64,000 nucleotides of DNA from Vulcanimicrobiota bacterium. GTDB lineage: Bacteria > Vulcanimicrobiota > Vulcanimicrobiia > Vulcanimicrobiales > Vulcanimicrobiaceae. The position numbers and the translations under genes are program-made. Below are positions 1-9,237 of the stretch, in pieces. The stretch covers positions 640,001 through 704,000 of the forward strand of contig OY968762.1 in NCBI GenBank assembly GCA_963695225.1, in the 5' to 3' direction. Each line of letters opens with the position of its first letter. Positions within the stretch are counted from its first letter, which is position 1. The notes under the pieces were generated by a model. That model did not search any database, was not told the origin of the DNA, and worked only from the letters and a program-made list of their open reading frames with translations.

Positions 1-1005
1 TACGACGACGGCGTCTTCACGCCGAACGATGCGTTCTTCGTTCGTTGGCACTTGAGCGGCATCCCGACGACGGTCGACGGGGCAGCGCACCGCATCGCCG
101 TCCGCGGGCTCGTTGCAAACCCGATGCAACTTAGCGTCGGCGATCTGCGCAAGGATTTCGAACCCGTCGAAATCGCGGCCGTCTGCCAATGCGCCGGCAA
201 CGGCCGCGGCTTCTTCGAGCCGCGCGTCGCCGGCGGAGAATGGGCGAACGGCGCGATGGGGAACGCGCTGTGGAAAGGCGTGCGGCTGCGCGACATCCTC
301 AAGAAGGCCGGGCTGCGCCCGGGGGCCGTTCAGGTGCGGTACCGCGGCTTGGAGCAGCCCGTCATCCCTGCGACGCCGGCGTTCGTCAAAGCGCTCGATA
401 TCGACCGCGCGATGGACGACGACGTGCTCGTCGCATACGCGATGAATGGGCAGCCGCTACCCCTGCTCAACGGCTATCCCGTGCGCCTCGTCGTACCGGG
501 TTTGTTCGCGACGTACTGGTGCAAGATGCTCGCGGACATCGAAGTGATCGACACCGTCGACGACAATTTTTGGATGAAGGCGGCCTACCGCATCCCCGAC
601 ACGCCGAACGGAAGCGTCAGCCCGAGCGATACGGGCTACAAGACGATCCCGATCAACAAGATGCCCATCCGCTCGTTCATCACGAACGTTGCAAACGGTG
701 CGACCCTCGCGGCCGGAACGCAGATGATTCGGGGCATCGCGTTCGATTCCGGGAGCGGCATCAAGAACGTTCAGTTCTCCAGCGACGGCGCCGCGACGTG
801 GACCGACGCGACGCTCGAGGCCGATTACGGACGGTACAGTTTCCGGCGCTGGAACGCGCCGCTCGCCGTGGAGCGGGGCCGCTCCTACCAGCTCGCGGTG
901 CGCGCCACGAGCGCATCGGGAGAGCAGCAGCCGCTGACGGCGGTGTGGAACCCGGGCGGCTACTTACGCAATTTGGTCGAGCGCGTCACGGTGGCGGGCG
1001 CGTGA
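1..1005 (+). CDS. sorA: Molybdopterin oxidoreductase, sulfite oxidase family (SorA-like), 5' end outside window
   Basis: Frame open from base 1 (YDDGVFTPNDAFFVRWH); Mo-ligand motif VCQCAGNGR, LNGYPVRLVVPG, C-terminal WNPGGY; adjacent cytochrome c gene. Confidence 0.85.
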   Translation, partial: YDDGVFTPNDAFFVRWHLSGIPTTVDGAAHRIAVRGLVANPMQLSVGDLRKDFEPVEIAAVCQCAGNGRGFFEPRVAGGEWANGAMGNALWKGVRLRDILKKAGLRPGAVQVRYRGLEQPVIPATPAFVKALDIDRAMDDDVLVAYAMNGQPLPLLNGYPVRLVVPGLFATYWCKMLADIEVIDTVDDNFWMKAAYRIPDTPNGSVSPSDTGYKTIPINKMPIRSFITNVANGATLAAGTQMIRGIAFDSGSGIKNVQFSSDGAATWTDATLEADYGRYSFRRWNAPLAVERGRSYQLAVRATSASGEQQPLTAVWNPGGYLRNLVERVTVAGA

Positions 1006-1358
1006 TGCGCCACGCGGCTCGACGCCGCCTCCTCATGCTTTCCCTGGCGGGCGCCGCATTCGCGCTCGCCGCGCCGCTTCTCGCAAGCGCGGCTCCGCGC
1101 GCGAGCGCGACGGTCACGATCCAATTGCCGCCCGACGGTATGTCGTTCAAGGACGGGCCGAACGTCATGCTCGTGCGCGCGAACTGCATGACCTGCCATT
1201 CTCCGGAGTACGTGTACCGGCAACCGCCGCTCACGAAAGCCCAATGGCTTGCCGAAGTGACGAAGATGCAGAAGGTCTACAAGGCGCCGATCCCCGACGA
1301 TGCGCTGGATCCGATCGCGACGTATCTCGTCTCGCAGAACGGACGCCCGGCGCCCTAA
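1005..1358 (+). CDS. sorB: Monoheme cytochrome c (SorB-like)
   Basis: ATG overlaps sorA stop (TGATG); signal peptide; heme motif CMTCH; QPPL...W..EV.KM pattern. Confidence 0.8.
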   Translation: MRHAARRRLLMLSLAGAAFALAAPLLASAAPRASATVTIQLPPDGMSFKDGPNVMLVRANCMTCHSPEYVYRQPPLTKAQWLAEVTKMQKVYKAPIPDDALDPIATYLVSQNGRPAP

Positions 1359-1362
1359 CTCA

Positions 1363-1737
1363 CTAGGGGAGTTGCACCGCCGCTAAGACAACGGGCGCGG
1401 CCGCCGGCAGCCAGCTCCGGTGGCCGCGCCCGTGCGTGTCCTCCAACAGGATCGCCGCGCCGGGAAGCGCGACGAACACGGCGCCGTCGGTCGTCTCGAA
1501 GTGCATCTCGCCGCTCAAGCAAAACAGCCACTGCCGCACCGGGCTCACGTGCAGCTCGCCCTTCCAGCCCGCGGAAAGATGGAGAAAGCGGTAATTCGCC
1601 GCCGCGTCCGGGGACGAGACGCCCAGCGGCGGGGCGGGCGGCGCAAACGCGGCCGGTTCAAACGCCGGCGCGACGCGCTCCATGTGCGATTCGCCGGCGG
1701 CATCGCTGAAGATGCGGACGTATTCGAAATTGCTCAT
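1363..1737 (-). CDS. Cupin-domain protein
   Basis: GESH, HVSPVRQWLFCLSG and EDTHGRGH motifs; start uncertain. Confidence 0.7.
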   Translation of the reverse strand: MSNFEYVRIFSDAAGESHMERVAPAFEPAAFAPPAPPLGVSSPDAAANYRFLHLSAGWKGELHVSPVRQWLFCLSGEMHFETTDGAVFVALPGAAILLEDTHGRGHRSWLPAAAPVVLAAVQLP

Positions 1738-1988
1738 CCGAGGAGGAGTATTCGCGTGAAGCGGATCGAGAACCATGCTGACGGCCGGAAGTTACGAACT
1801 CAAGGGAACGGCACGGGTGAACGTTGCCGGGCGCCGTTGCCGGCGCCATCCGGTAAAGGTTTGCGGTCCCGGCGTCAAGTTGCGCCCGGCTCCCCGCCAT
1901 AGTTTTTCTTACGAGGACGCAGCCACATGGATCGGCGCGGCGAATTCGACAATTCGGATCGCAACTTATCGTAGCCGAGGCCAGCATC

Positions 1989-2723
1989 TTGAAATTCCTC
2001 TTTCCGAATCGAACTGCTTCCCTCGCCGCGTTCGTGCTGGGGCTCACGGCTGCGTGCGGGTCCACGAACGTGGATTTCGAAACGATCGGAGCGATCACGC
2101 GAGTCGACGTCAACAATGCCGTCGGGACATTCAAGCCGGAATCCGTTCGCGATCCTCGCGAGATCGCGGCGCTCGTCGAGATCATGAATCAGAACCGGCA
2201 GGGCTGGGCGCGAGCGCGCCAAGAGACAGCGGGGCAGCCTGCGCTAAAGTGTGCGTACGGCATTGGCTTTTACGACAACGACAAGTGGGTCGGCGGAGTC
2301 TCGATCGGTGCCGACGGCTCGACCGTATCGCGCGCCCAGACGGAACTCGGCACACTCACCGTGTACAAATCGAACCCCGAGATGGTGCGAGCGATGCTCG
2401 CGGCGCTGAACAAGACGCTCTCGCAGGATCGTCTGACCCGGCCGTGCGCCATCGCACCGGTGATGAAGACGATATCGGTCGAGGAGCTGAAAGCTCTACG
2501 GGGTAGCGGAACGCCGTTTCTCTTAGTCGACGTTCGTGAACCCAGCGAGTTCGCCGCAGGCGCCATCCTCGGTGCGGTCAACATCCCGATGGGACAAGTC
2601 GAGAGCCGCCTCGCCGAGCTACCGAAGGACCGCGAGATCGTCGTGATGTGCCATTCGGGCCGCCGCAGCGGGATCGTTACCGAGCGTCTCAACGGCTCGG
2701 CTATACGAACGCAGTCAGCTTGA
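1989..2723 (+). CDS. Putative lipoprotein reading in-frame into a rhodanese domain
   Basis: Basic N-terminus, hydrophobic stretch and LTAAC lipobox; no stop before the rhodanese ATG at 2463. Confidence 0.5.
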   Translation: MKFLFPNRTASLAAFVLGLTAACGSTNVDFETIGAITRVDVNNAVGTFKPESVRDPREIAALVEIMNQNRQGWARARQETAGQPALKCAYGIGFYDNDKWVGGVSIGADGSTVSRAQTELGTLTVYKSNPEMVRAMLAALNKTLSQDRLTRPCAIAPVMKTISVEELKALRGSGTPFLLVDVREPSEFAAGAILGAVNIPMGQVESRLAELPKDREIVVMCHSGRRSGIVTERLNGSAIRTQSA

Positions 2724-2788
2724 CCGGCGGGATTGCGGCCTGGGCGGCTCGGGTCGATCCGAGCGTTTCATCCGCAGCCCGCCCCTGA
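2463..2788 (+). pseudogene. Rhodanese-like protein with a 1-nt frameshift near 2694
   Basis: DVREPSEF, GAVNIP, CHSGRRS; the C-terminal LGYTNAVSLTGGIAAWAARVDP continues in another frame to TGA 2786-2788 and matches the paralogue at 3950. Confidence 0.75.
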
Positions 2789-3009
2789 CGACGAGATGCA
2801 CACCCCTGGTCGCTCAAGTTGAACAACTGGATCTTTGGCCGCCTCCTTCACCCGTCGGATAGTGCGGTTCAACGAACTCGCGCAGCCGCGCCCAAGGGCG
2901 CGACCGCATCACTTTCCTCGAGAACGCGCGCGGCTGCAAAACTGGACCCGTGGTTCGGTGTATTCGCTGCGAGGCAGGACCGACTCATGTCGTCCTTAAG
3001 TCGGCAAAA

Positions 3010-3600
3010 GTGGATGCGCGCTCACTAAATCGACTGCGCGGCATTGGCCTTCGACTCGAATATGCAACGCTTGGCTGGAACGTTGTAGGCGTCTTCCTGA
3101 TCCTCTGGGCCGCTCTTGCTGCGAAATCAGTAGCGCTCGTCGGCTTCGGCCTCGATTCGCTCATCGAGATCGTCGCATCGATCGTCGTTGTGTGGCAGTT
3201 GACCGGAGTTGAGGCACATCGCGAGCAGCGCGCCTTGCGGCTTATAGGCGCGGCATTTCTTGCGCTAGCGATCTACGTGCTGGTGCAATCGAGTTACGTC
3301 CTCGCCGTTCAACTGCGGCCGAGCCCGTCGCCGGGCGGAATGGCGTGGCTCTCCTTGACGGTCATCGTGATGCTGACGCTAGCGTACGGCAAGCACGTCA
3401 CCGGCGGCAAGCTCGCAAACCCGGTCCTTTTGACCGAAGCACGCGTAACGTTAATCGACGCCGTTCTTGCCTTCGCGGTGCTCCTCGGCCTCGCGCTGAA
3501 TGCCGTGGTCGGGTGGTGGTGGGCTGACCCTCTCGCCGGCCTGCTAATCGTCTATTACGGTTTCCGCGAGGGCATTCACGCCTGGAACTCCGGCGCATAG
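3010..3600 (+). CDS. Cation transporter (short cation-efflux/CDF-like membrane protein)
   Basis: About six hydrophobic segments; SVALVGFGLDSLIE and WWWADP motifs; GTG start chosen by eye. Confidence 0.75.
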   Translation: MDARSLNRLRGIGLRLEYATLGWNVVGVFLILWAALAAKSVALVGFGLDSLIEIVASIVVVWQLTGVEAHREQRALRLIGAAFLALAIYVLVQSSYVLAVQLRPSPSPGGMAWLSLTVIVMLTLAYGKHVTGGKLANPVLLTEARVTLIDAVLAFAVLLGLALNAVVGWWWADPLAGLLIVYYGFREGIHAWNSGA

Positions 3601-3949
3601 CCGTCGAGGCTCACCCATGAATGACAACAAGTTGATCGTGATCCTGCCCCATCGTTCGGCGCCGGTTACGACCCCTGCAAAGCGTGGCCGCCGTTGCGTC
3701 CGAGATCGAGGCGAGCGATATCTCGCGGCGCCTATGCTCCGAGCACCACGATTCGGATTCAAACCAATAAGGGGAGCACTCCATCTTCCAAGCGCGCAGC
3801 GGTACCTCGAATCGCTCCACCTCGACCGCGAGTGCACGCGGCTCGAACGGGATCCCCGAAGACGACGCGCCGGCACGGTCCCATGCAAACGGTTCGCCAA
3901 CACGCCGTCATAGAATGGACAGGGCTCGCCATGCGCGAATTTGCACGAT

Positions 3950-4321
3950 ATGGAATCGATATCGGTCGAAGAGCTCAAGGAATTACAGGCGAGCGGCACG
4001 CCCTTCTTCTTGCTCGACGTTCGCGAGCCAAGCGAATTCGCGGCGGGGAAGATTGCCGGCGCCGTCAACATTCCGATGAACGACGTCGAACGCCGCCTGC
4101 GCGAGCTGCCCAAGGACCGCGACATCGTCGTGATGTGCCATTCGGGTGCCAGAAGCGCGCGGATCACCGCAGCACTCAACAGGCTAGGCTATAAGAACGC
4201 GGCCAACCTGGCCGGCGGGATCTCGGCTTGGTCGCGCCGGATCGATCCGCAGGTTTCATCCGGCGGGCCGTCGCTCGGCGGCCTGTTGAAAAGCCTCTTT
4301 GGATCGAACCGCCCGAACTGA
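3950..4321 (+). CDS. Single-domain rhodanese/sulfurtransferase
   Basis: LLDVRE, GAVNIP, active-site CHSGARS, NLAGGISAW. Confidence 0.88.
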   Translation: MESISVEELKELQASGTPFFLLDVREPSEFAAGKIAGAVNIPMNDVERRLRELPKDRDIVVMCHSGARSARITAALNRLGYKNAANLAGGISAWSRRIDPQVSSGGPSLGGLLKSLFGSNRPN

Positions 4322-4388
4322 CGCGCTCGAGAGCACTAACGAAACAGCTCGCCAAGCGCGGCTCAGGGCAGCGGCGTCACGAGCATAC

Positions 4389-5765
4389 TCAAAGAAGACC
4401 CGCGGCGAAGCGCAGCTCCGCCACTCCTTCGCGCAACGCCACCTTAGCGCCGACGAGTGCCTGCTGCGCGGAGGTCGCACGCAGCTCCGCATCCTGCAGT
4501 TCGAGTGCGGTTCCGACGCTGCCGCGATACCGCAACTGGGCGAGCCGCAGATTTTCCTGGGCAAGTGCGACGAATCTCGCGGCTGCCTCGACGCGGGCCT
4601 TCGCTTCGTTCACGCGCAGGTATGCCTGCCGGACCTGTAGCGCGATGCCGCTTTCGAGCTGCTGCACGCCCAGGCGAGCCTGATCGACGCCGGCGCGCGC
4701 GGCCGCGACCTGGCCCGCGCTGTATCCGTGATCGAACAGGGTCAGGGCGGCATTGACGCCGACGGAAAACTGGTTGTGATACCCGCTAACGACCGCCGGC
4801 TGCGTGTTCCCGTTCGCCACGACCAGGCTGACTTGCGGCAGCGATCCGGAGCGCGCTTGAGCGACGGCGTGCTCCGCCGCCGTTACGGAGGCACGCGCGG
4901 CAAGCAATTCTCCGCGGTTGTTCCGCGCGCTCTCGAGCAGCGAATCCAGCTTGAAATCCGGCGCGTCGCCGTCCAACTGGTCGGTCGGAGCATAAACCGT
5001 GTCGAGCGGTACGTTCAAGGTGTTGGCCAGGACGTTTCCCGCCAGCGCGACGCCGCTCGCGGCGGCGATCGCATCGACTTGCTGATTCGCAACTTCCGTT
5101 TGCGCGCGCAATACGTCCGCCTTCGGGATCTGCCCGGCCGCAAAGAGCTGATCGGCTTGCGTCGCGTGACCTTTCGCGACCTCGACCGCGCCGCGCGCTA
5201 CGGCATCGAACTGCTCGGCGGCCACGAGGTCGAAGTAGGCCTTCGTCGTCGCGTCGATCGTCGCAGCGCGAGCCTCGCGCGCGGAAGCTTCCGCCGCCGC
5301 CAACCCGGCCGCCGCTTGCGCGTAGCGCGCGGCCGATAGCCCACCGTCGTAGAGCTGGTATTGCAGCGCAACGAGCGGCACGTTCGTCGCTCGCGTCGTG
5401 CTAAACGGAATCGAACCGAACGGCGTGCTGAGTTCCGCGACGGGATCCACGTACTGATACGCATCGCGCAATTGCACGCCGGGGAGAAACGGCGCCGCCG
5501 CCTGACGAACCTGCGCCCGCGCCGCGGCAACGCCGACGGCGGCGGCCCGATAACTCAAGTTCTGCGCCAGCGCTAGGTCGATCGCCCGCTCGAGCGAGAG
5601 CGGAATCGCCGCGGGCGCCGCAGGGGATGCCGCAGGCGCGGGAGTTGCGGGAGTCGCCGCAGCGGCAGGAGCAGCAGCTCCGGCAGGCCCGGACGTTCCG
5701 GCGAAGCACGCCGCCGCGAGCGCGAAGCCGAGCGCTGCGACCCGCACGTGGGGAGGATCAAACAT
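4389..5765 (-). CDS. TolC-family outer membrane efflux protein
   Basis: Signal peptide, LSLERAIDLALAQN, AYFDL, RYRGSVGTALEL; last gene of the RND operon. Confidence 0.88.
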   Translation of the reverse strand: MFDPPHVRVAALGFALAAACFAGTSGPAGAAAPAAAATPATPAPAASPAAPAAIPLSLERAIDLALAQNLSYRAAAVGVAAARAQVRQAAAPFLPGVQLRDAYQYVDPVAELSTPFGSIPFSTTRATNVPLVALQYQLYDGGLSAARYAQAAAGLAAAEASAREARAATIDATTKAYFDLVAAEQFDAVARGAVEVAKGHATQADQLFAAGQIPKADVLRAQTEVANQQVDAIAAASGVALAGNVLANTLNVPLDTVYAPTDQLDGDAPDFKLDSLLESARNNRGELLAARASVTAAEHAVAQARSGSLPQVSLVVANGNTQPAVVSGYHNQFSVGVNAALTLFDHGYSAGQVAAARAGVDQARLGVQQLESGIALQVRQAYLRVNEAKARVEAAARFVALAQENLRLAQLRYRGSVGTALELQDAELRATSAQQALVGAKVALREGVAELRFAAGLL

Positions 5766-8700
5766 ATTCAACGACTTTCCAGGTGGGGGCCGGCGCCTGC
5801 GTCGAGCGCAGCGTCACGTGTTGCTTACCTTGCAGTTCGCCGAACGCGCTCTCGACGATGATCTGCGCGCGCTCGACCCGGAACGGACCGCTGAGCTTGG
5901 CCGTTGCGTCGACCGCGTCGCCGACGCCGCGGAAGACCTCCGCATTCAGCTCGACCGTTTCGCCTTCGACGACGCGCGGCAGCGACGTCGATTCCATGAC
6001 GAAGCCGTCGAGTTCCGGGAAGGTTACGAACGTCAGCATCGCCGGCAGCTCGGCCGGCACCGCATCCGCCGGCCGCGCCGCGACGGCCGTGCCGCGACCG
6101 GCGGCGCCGGGCGCCGCGGCAACGAACGTCTTGCGTACGACCCGTTCGTAGAGCACGGGGATCGCGAGAATAGAGAGCACCGCGGAGGCGGTCATTCCGA
6201 AGACCAGCGCCCAGGCGAGGCCGCTCCAGACGGGGTCGGCTGCGATCACGATCGAGGAGAGCACCCCTGCGGCTGCGGTGAGGAAGATCGGGCGCGTGCG
6301 AGCTGTCGTTGCTTCGATCAGCGAATCGCGCAGGCTCCCGCCTTCCTTCAACTTGTCTTCGATGAACTCGATCAAGATGATCGAGTTGCGCACGACGATA
6401 CCGATCAGCGCGATCAACCCGATCATCGCCGTCGCGGAGAAATAGATCCCGAACGGAGCGAGGATCGCGAAGCCCGGCATGACGCCGATCACCGCGAGCG
6501 GCACCGCCGCGAGGACGACGAGCGGAACCATGAACGAGCGGAAGCGCGCGACTAGGACAAAGTAGATCAAGATGAACGCGATCAGCATCGCCGTCCCGAG
6601 ATCGGCGAAGACGGTGTTCGTGAGATGCCACTCGCCGTCCCAATCGATCCGGTAGCCCTGCGGCAAGGGGTTGCGCGCCAGCTCGAAGAGCATGTCGATC
6701 ACGGCATAGGTCGAGCTGCGGGCCGCCATGTCGGCGCCGACGTACGAGACGTTCTCGTAATCGTCACGGTAGAGCGGCGCCTCGAGCTGCCCCGCGACCA
6801 CGTGGGTGACGGCGGAGAGCGGGACCAGCCCGCCCATGCGCGTCGGCACTTGGATCGAGGCGAGCGAGGCGGCATCCTTGCGGTATTCGGGCGCGAAGCG
6901 CACGAAGATGCCGATCGGGCGCGCTTCCGTCGCGACGTGAAGCGTGGAGACGGTCGCTCCGTGCAGCGCCATGCCGAGCGTTTGCGCGATCTCCGCCGCG
7001 CTCACGCCCGAGAGGCTCGCCTTGCGCTGGTCCACCGCGAGTTGCAACGATGCCGGAAGCGCCTTGAAGCTCGAGTCGACGTCGACGACGCCGCGCTCGC
7101 GCTGCAGCATGCCGCTCACGCGCGAGGCGATCGCGCGCCGCACGTCGGGGTCCGGCCCGTAGATCTTCGCGAGGATCGTATCGCGGACCGGCGGCCCGGG
7201 CGGCGTCTGCAAGATGCGCAAGGTCGCGCCGTACCGCTCCGCGATCGCCGCGAGGCGCGGCCTCACCTGTTGCACGAACGCGGCGGACTGGATCTTGCGC
7301 TTGTCTTTCGGAACGAGATTCACGCGGATGTCCGCGAGGTTCGGCGCGTTTCGGAACACCGTGCCCTGCAAGAGCGCAGCCAAGTCCGGAATCGAGTTCG
7401 TGCCGACGAACGTCTCGTAGTCCGCGATCTCGGGGATCTTGGCGAGCTCCGTGCCGACGGCGTTCGCGATCTCCGTCGTGCGCGCGACGGGGCTCGAGGG
7501 CGGCGCATCGATGCTGACCAGGAACGTCGTCTCGTTCGCATCCGGGAGCATTCGAAACTGGACGAGTTTGAAGACGGGCAATGCGGCGCTCGCTATGAAC
7601 GCGAGGAGCAAGAGCCCCAGGAATACGCGCGCCCGCGCCGGCCGGTCGAGCAAGCCGATCAGCATGCTGCGGAACGGCGCGATCCAGCGCGGGACACCGT
7701 GCGCCGCTTCCTTTGGTTTCTGATTGCGGAGCAGCGCGTACGTTGCCCAAGGCGTTATCGCGAACGCGATCAAGAGCGAGGCGATCATCGCGACCGGAAC
7801 ATTGATCGGGATCGGCCGCATGTACGGGCCCATCATCCCCGTGACGAAGAGCATCGGGAGGAACGAGAGCACGACCGTGAGCGTCGCGAGCGTCGTCGGG
7901 CTGCCGATCTCGGCGACCGCGCGGACCGTCGCCTCGGCTCGCGGTGCGTCCGGATCGTTGTGATAATGGCGATGGATGTTCTCGACGATGACGATCGCCT
8001 GGTCGACGAGCAAGCCCAGCCCTAGGATGAGCGCGAACAGCGTGATGCGATTGATCGTTTGACCGCTCAGCATCCCCACGCCGAGCGTGACGAACAGCGT
8101 CAGCGGGATCGCCGTCGCGACGACGAGCGCTTCGCGCCAGCCGAGCACCATCAGCAGGATGACGACGATGACGATCGCTTCGATGAGGCGCTCGATCAGT
8201 TCGTTGACGGCCGCATTGGCTTTTTCGCCGTAATTTCGCGTCACGGCGACGTCGATGCCGGGCGGGAGCTCGGTAGTCTTCACCGTCGCCAGGATCGCGT
8301 CGGCGATCGTGACCGCGTTCGTCCCCGCCTTCTTCGCAATCGCGATGCTGACGGCAGGTTCCGGAGCTTTCGCACGGTCCGTCGCGGAGCCGCCGTAGGC
8401 GAACTGCGTCTGCGATTCCTCGGGTGCGTAGCCCAGTTCGACCTTCGCGACCTGGCGGAGCGCGACGGGCTGCCCGTCGCTGACGCCGACGATCTGGGCC
8501 CCGACCTGATCGACCGAGGTGTATGCGGTCCCCGCGTGGATCGAGAGTTCGTCCGAACGAGTTCGCACGCTCCCGGCCGCCTGCGTCAGGTTCGTCGCTC
8601 CGAGGGCTTGCGCAATCTGTCCCGGCGAGAGCCCGTACGAGGCCAGGCGCACCGGGTCGAGCGAGACGCTGACCTCGCGCGGACGCCCGCCGTACGTCTG

Positions 8701-9237
8701 CACGGTCGAGAGGCCCGGAATCGGCCGAAGCGCCTCGATCAGGCGTTCGGCTGCCGTGTTGAGCTGGCCGCGGTCGTAGTTCTTCGCGTGGAGCGTCAGG
8801 ACGACGATCGGGATATCGTCGACGCTGAGCGGCGTGATCTGCGGCTGCGAGGCGCCGGGCGGGAGCTCGCTCAGGTGTGCGAAGACTTGATCGTACAGAT
8901 CGACGAACGATTTCGTCGGATCGTCACCGACGTGGAAGAGCACCGTGATGATCGAGACGTCTTGCGTCGTGAACGTGTAGACGTGCTCGATCCCGGGGAT
9001 CTGCTGGAAGACGCGCTCGCCGCGCTCGGTGATGAGCTTCTGCACCTCCGCCGAGGAAGCGCCCGGGTATTGCGTGACGATCGTCGCCGCGGGCATCGTG
9101 ATCTGCGGATTCTCTTGCCGCGGCGTATAGAAGACCGCGATCAGCCCCCAGACGCAAATGGCGACGACGATCGCCGGCGTCAGCTTCGACTGCAGGAAAT
9201 ACGCGGCGAGCCTGCCGGCGAAATTCAGCCTAGGCAT
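5758..9237 (-). CDS. RND efflux permease (AcrB/AcrD/AcrF family) with C-terminal extension
   Basis: 1159 aa; YPGAS, GLLVDQAIVIVEN, IGIVVRNSIIL and RTRPIFLT motifs. Confidence 0.92.
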   Translation of the reverse strand: MPRLNFAGRLAAYFLQSKLTPAIVVAICVWGLIAVFYTPRQENPQITMPAATIVTQYPGASSAEVQKLITERGERVFQQIPGIEHVYTFTTQDVSIITVLFHVGDDPTKSFVDLYDQVFAHLSELPPGASQPQITPLSVDDIPIVVLTLHAKNYDRGQLNTAAERLIEALRPIPGLSTVQTYGGRPREVSVSLDPVRLASYGLSPGQIAQALGATNLTQAAGSVRTRSDELSIHAGTAYTSVDQVGAQIVGVSDGQPVALRQVAKVELGYAPEESQTQFAYGGSATDRAKAPEPAVSIAIAKKAGTNAVTIADAILATVKTTELPPGIDVAVTRNYGEKANAAVNELIERLIEAIVIVVILLMVLGWREALVVATAIPLTLFVTLGVGMLSGQTINRITLFALILGLGLLVDQAIVIVENIHRHYHNDPDAPRAEATVRAVAEIGSPTTLATLTVVLSFLPMLFVTGMMGPYMRPIPINVPVAMIASLLIAFAITPWATYALLRNQKPKEAAHGVPRWIAPFRSMLIGLLDRPARARVFLGLLLLAFIASAALPVFKLVQFRMLPDANETTFLVSIDAPPSSPVARTTEIANAVGTELAKIPEIADYETFVGTNSIPDLAALLQGTVFRNAPNLADIRVNLVPKDKRKIQSAAFVQQVRPRLAAIAERYGATLRILQTPPGPPVRDTILAKIYGPDPDVRRAIASRVSGMLQRERGVVDVDSSFKALPASLQLAVDQRKASLSGVSAAEIAQTLGMALHGATVSTLHVATEARPIGIFVRFAPEYRKDAASLASIQVPTRMGGLVPLSAVTHVVAGQLEAPLYRDDYENVSYVGADMAARSSTYAVIDMLFELARNPLPQGYRIDWDGEWHLTNTVFADLGTAMLIAFILIYFVLVARFRSFMVPLVVLAAVPLAVIGVMPGFAILAPFGIYFSATAMIGLIALIGIVVRNSIILIEFIEDKLKEGGSLRDSLIEATTARTRPIFLTAAAGVLSSIVIAADPVWSGLAWALVFGMTASAVLSILAIPVLYERVVRKTFVAAAPGAAGRGTAVAARPADAVPAELPAMLTFVTFPELDGFVMESTSLPRVVEGETVELNAEVFRGVGDAVDATAKLSGPFRVERAQIIVESAFGELQGKQHVTLRSTQAPAPTWKVVEYV

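Noticed and set aside
2880..2940. Hairpin upstream of the cation transporter as a possible NiCo riboswitch
   Set aside because: Only a GC-rich stem is visible; I could not identify the conserved four-way-junction motifs
3601..3940. Short ORFs between the transporter and the second rhodanese
   Set aside because: No recognisable motifs, RBS or coding-like composition
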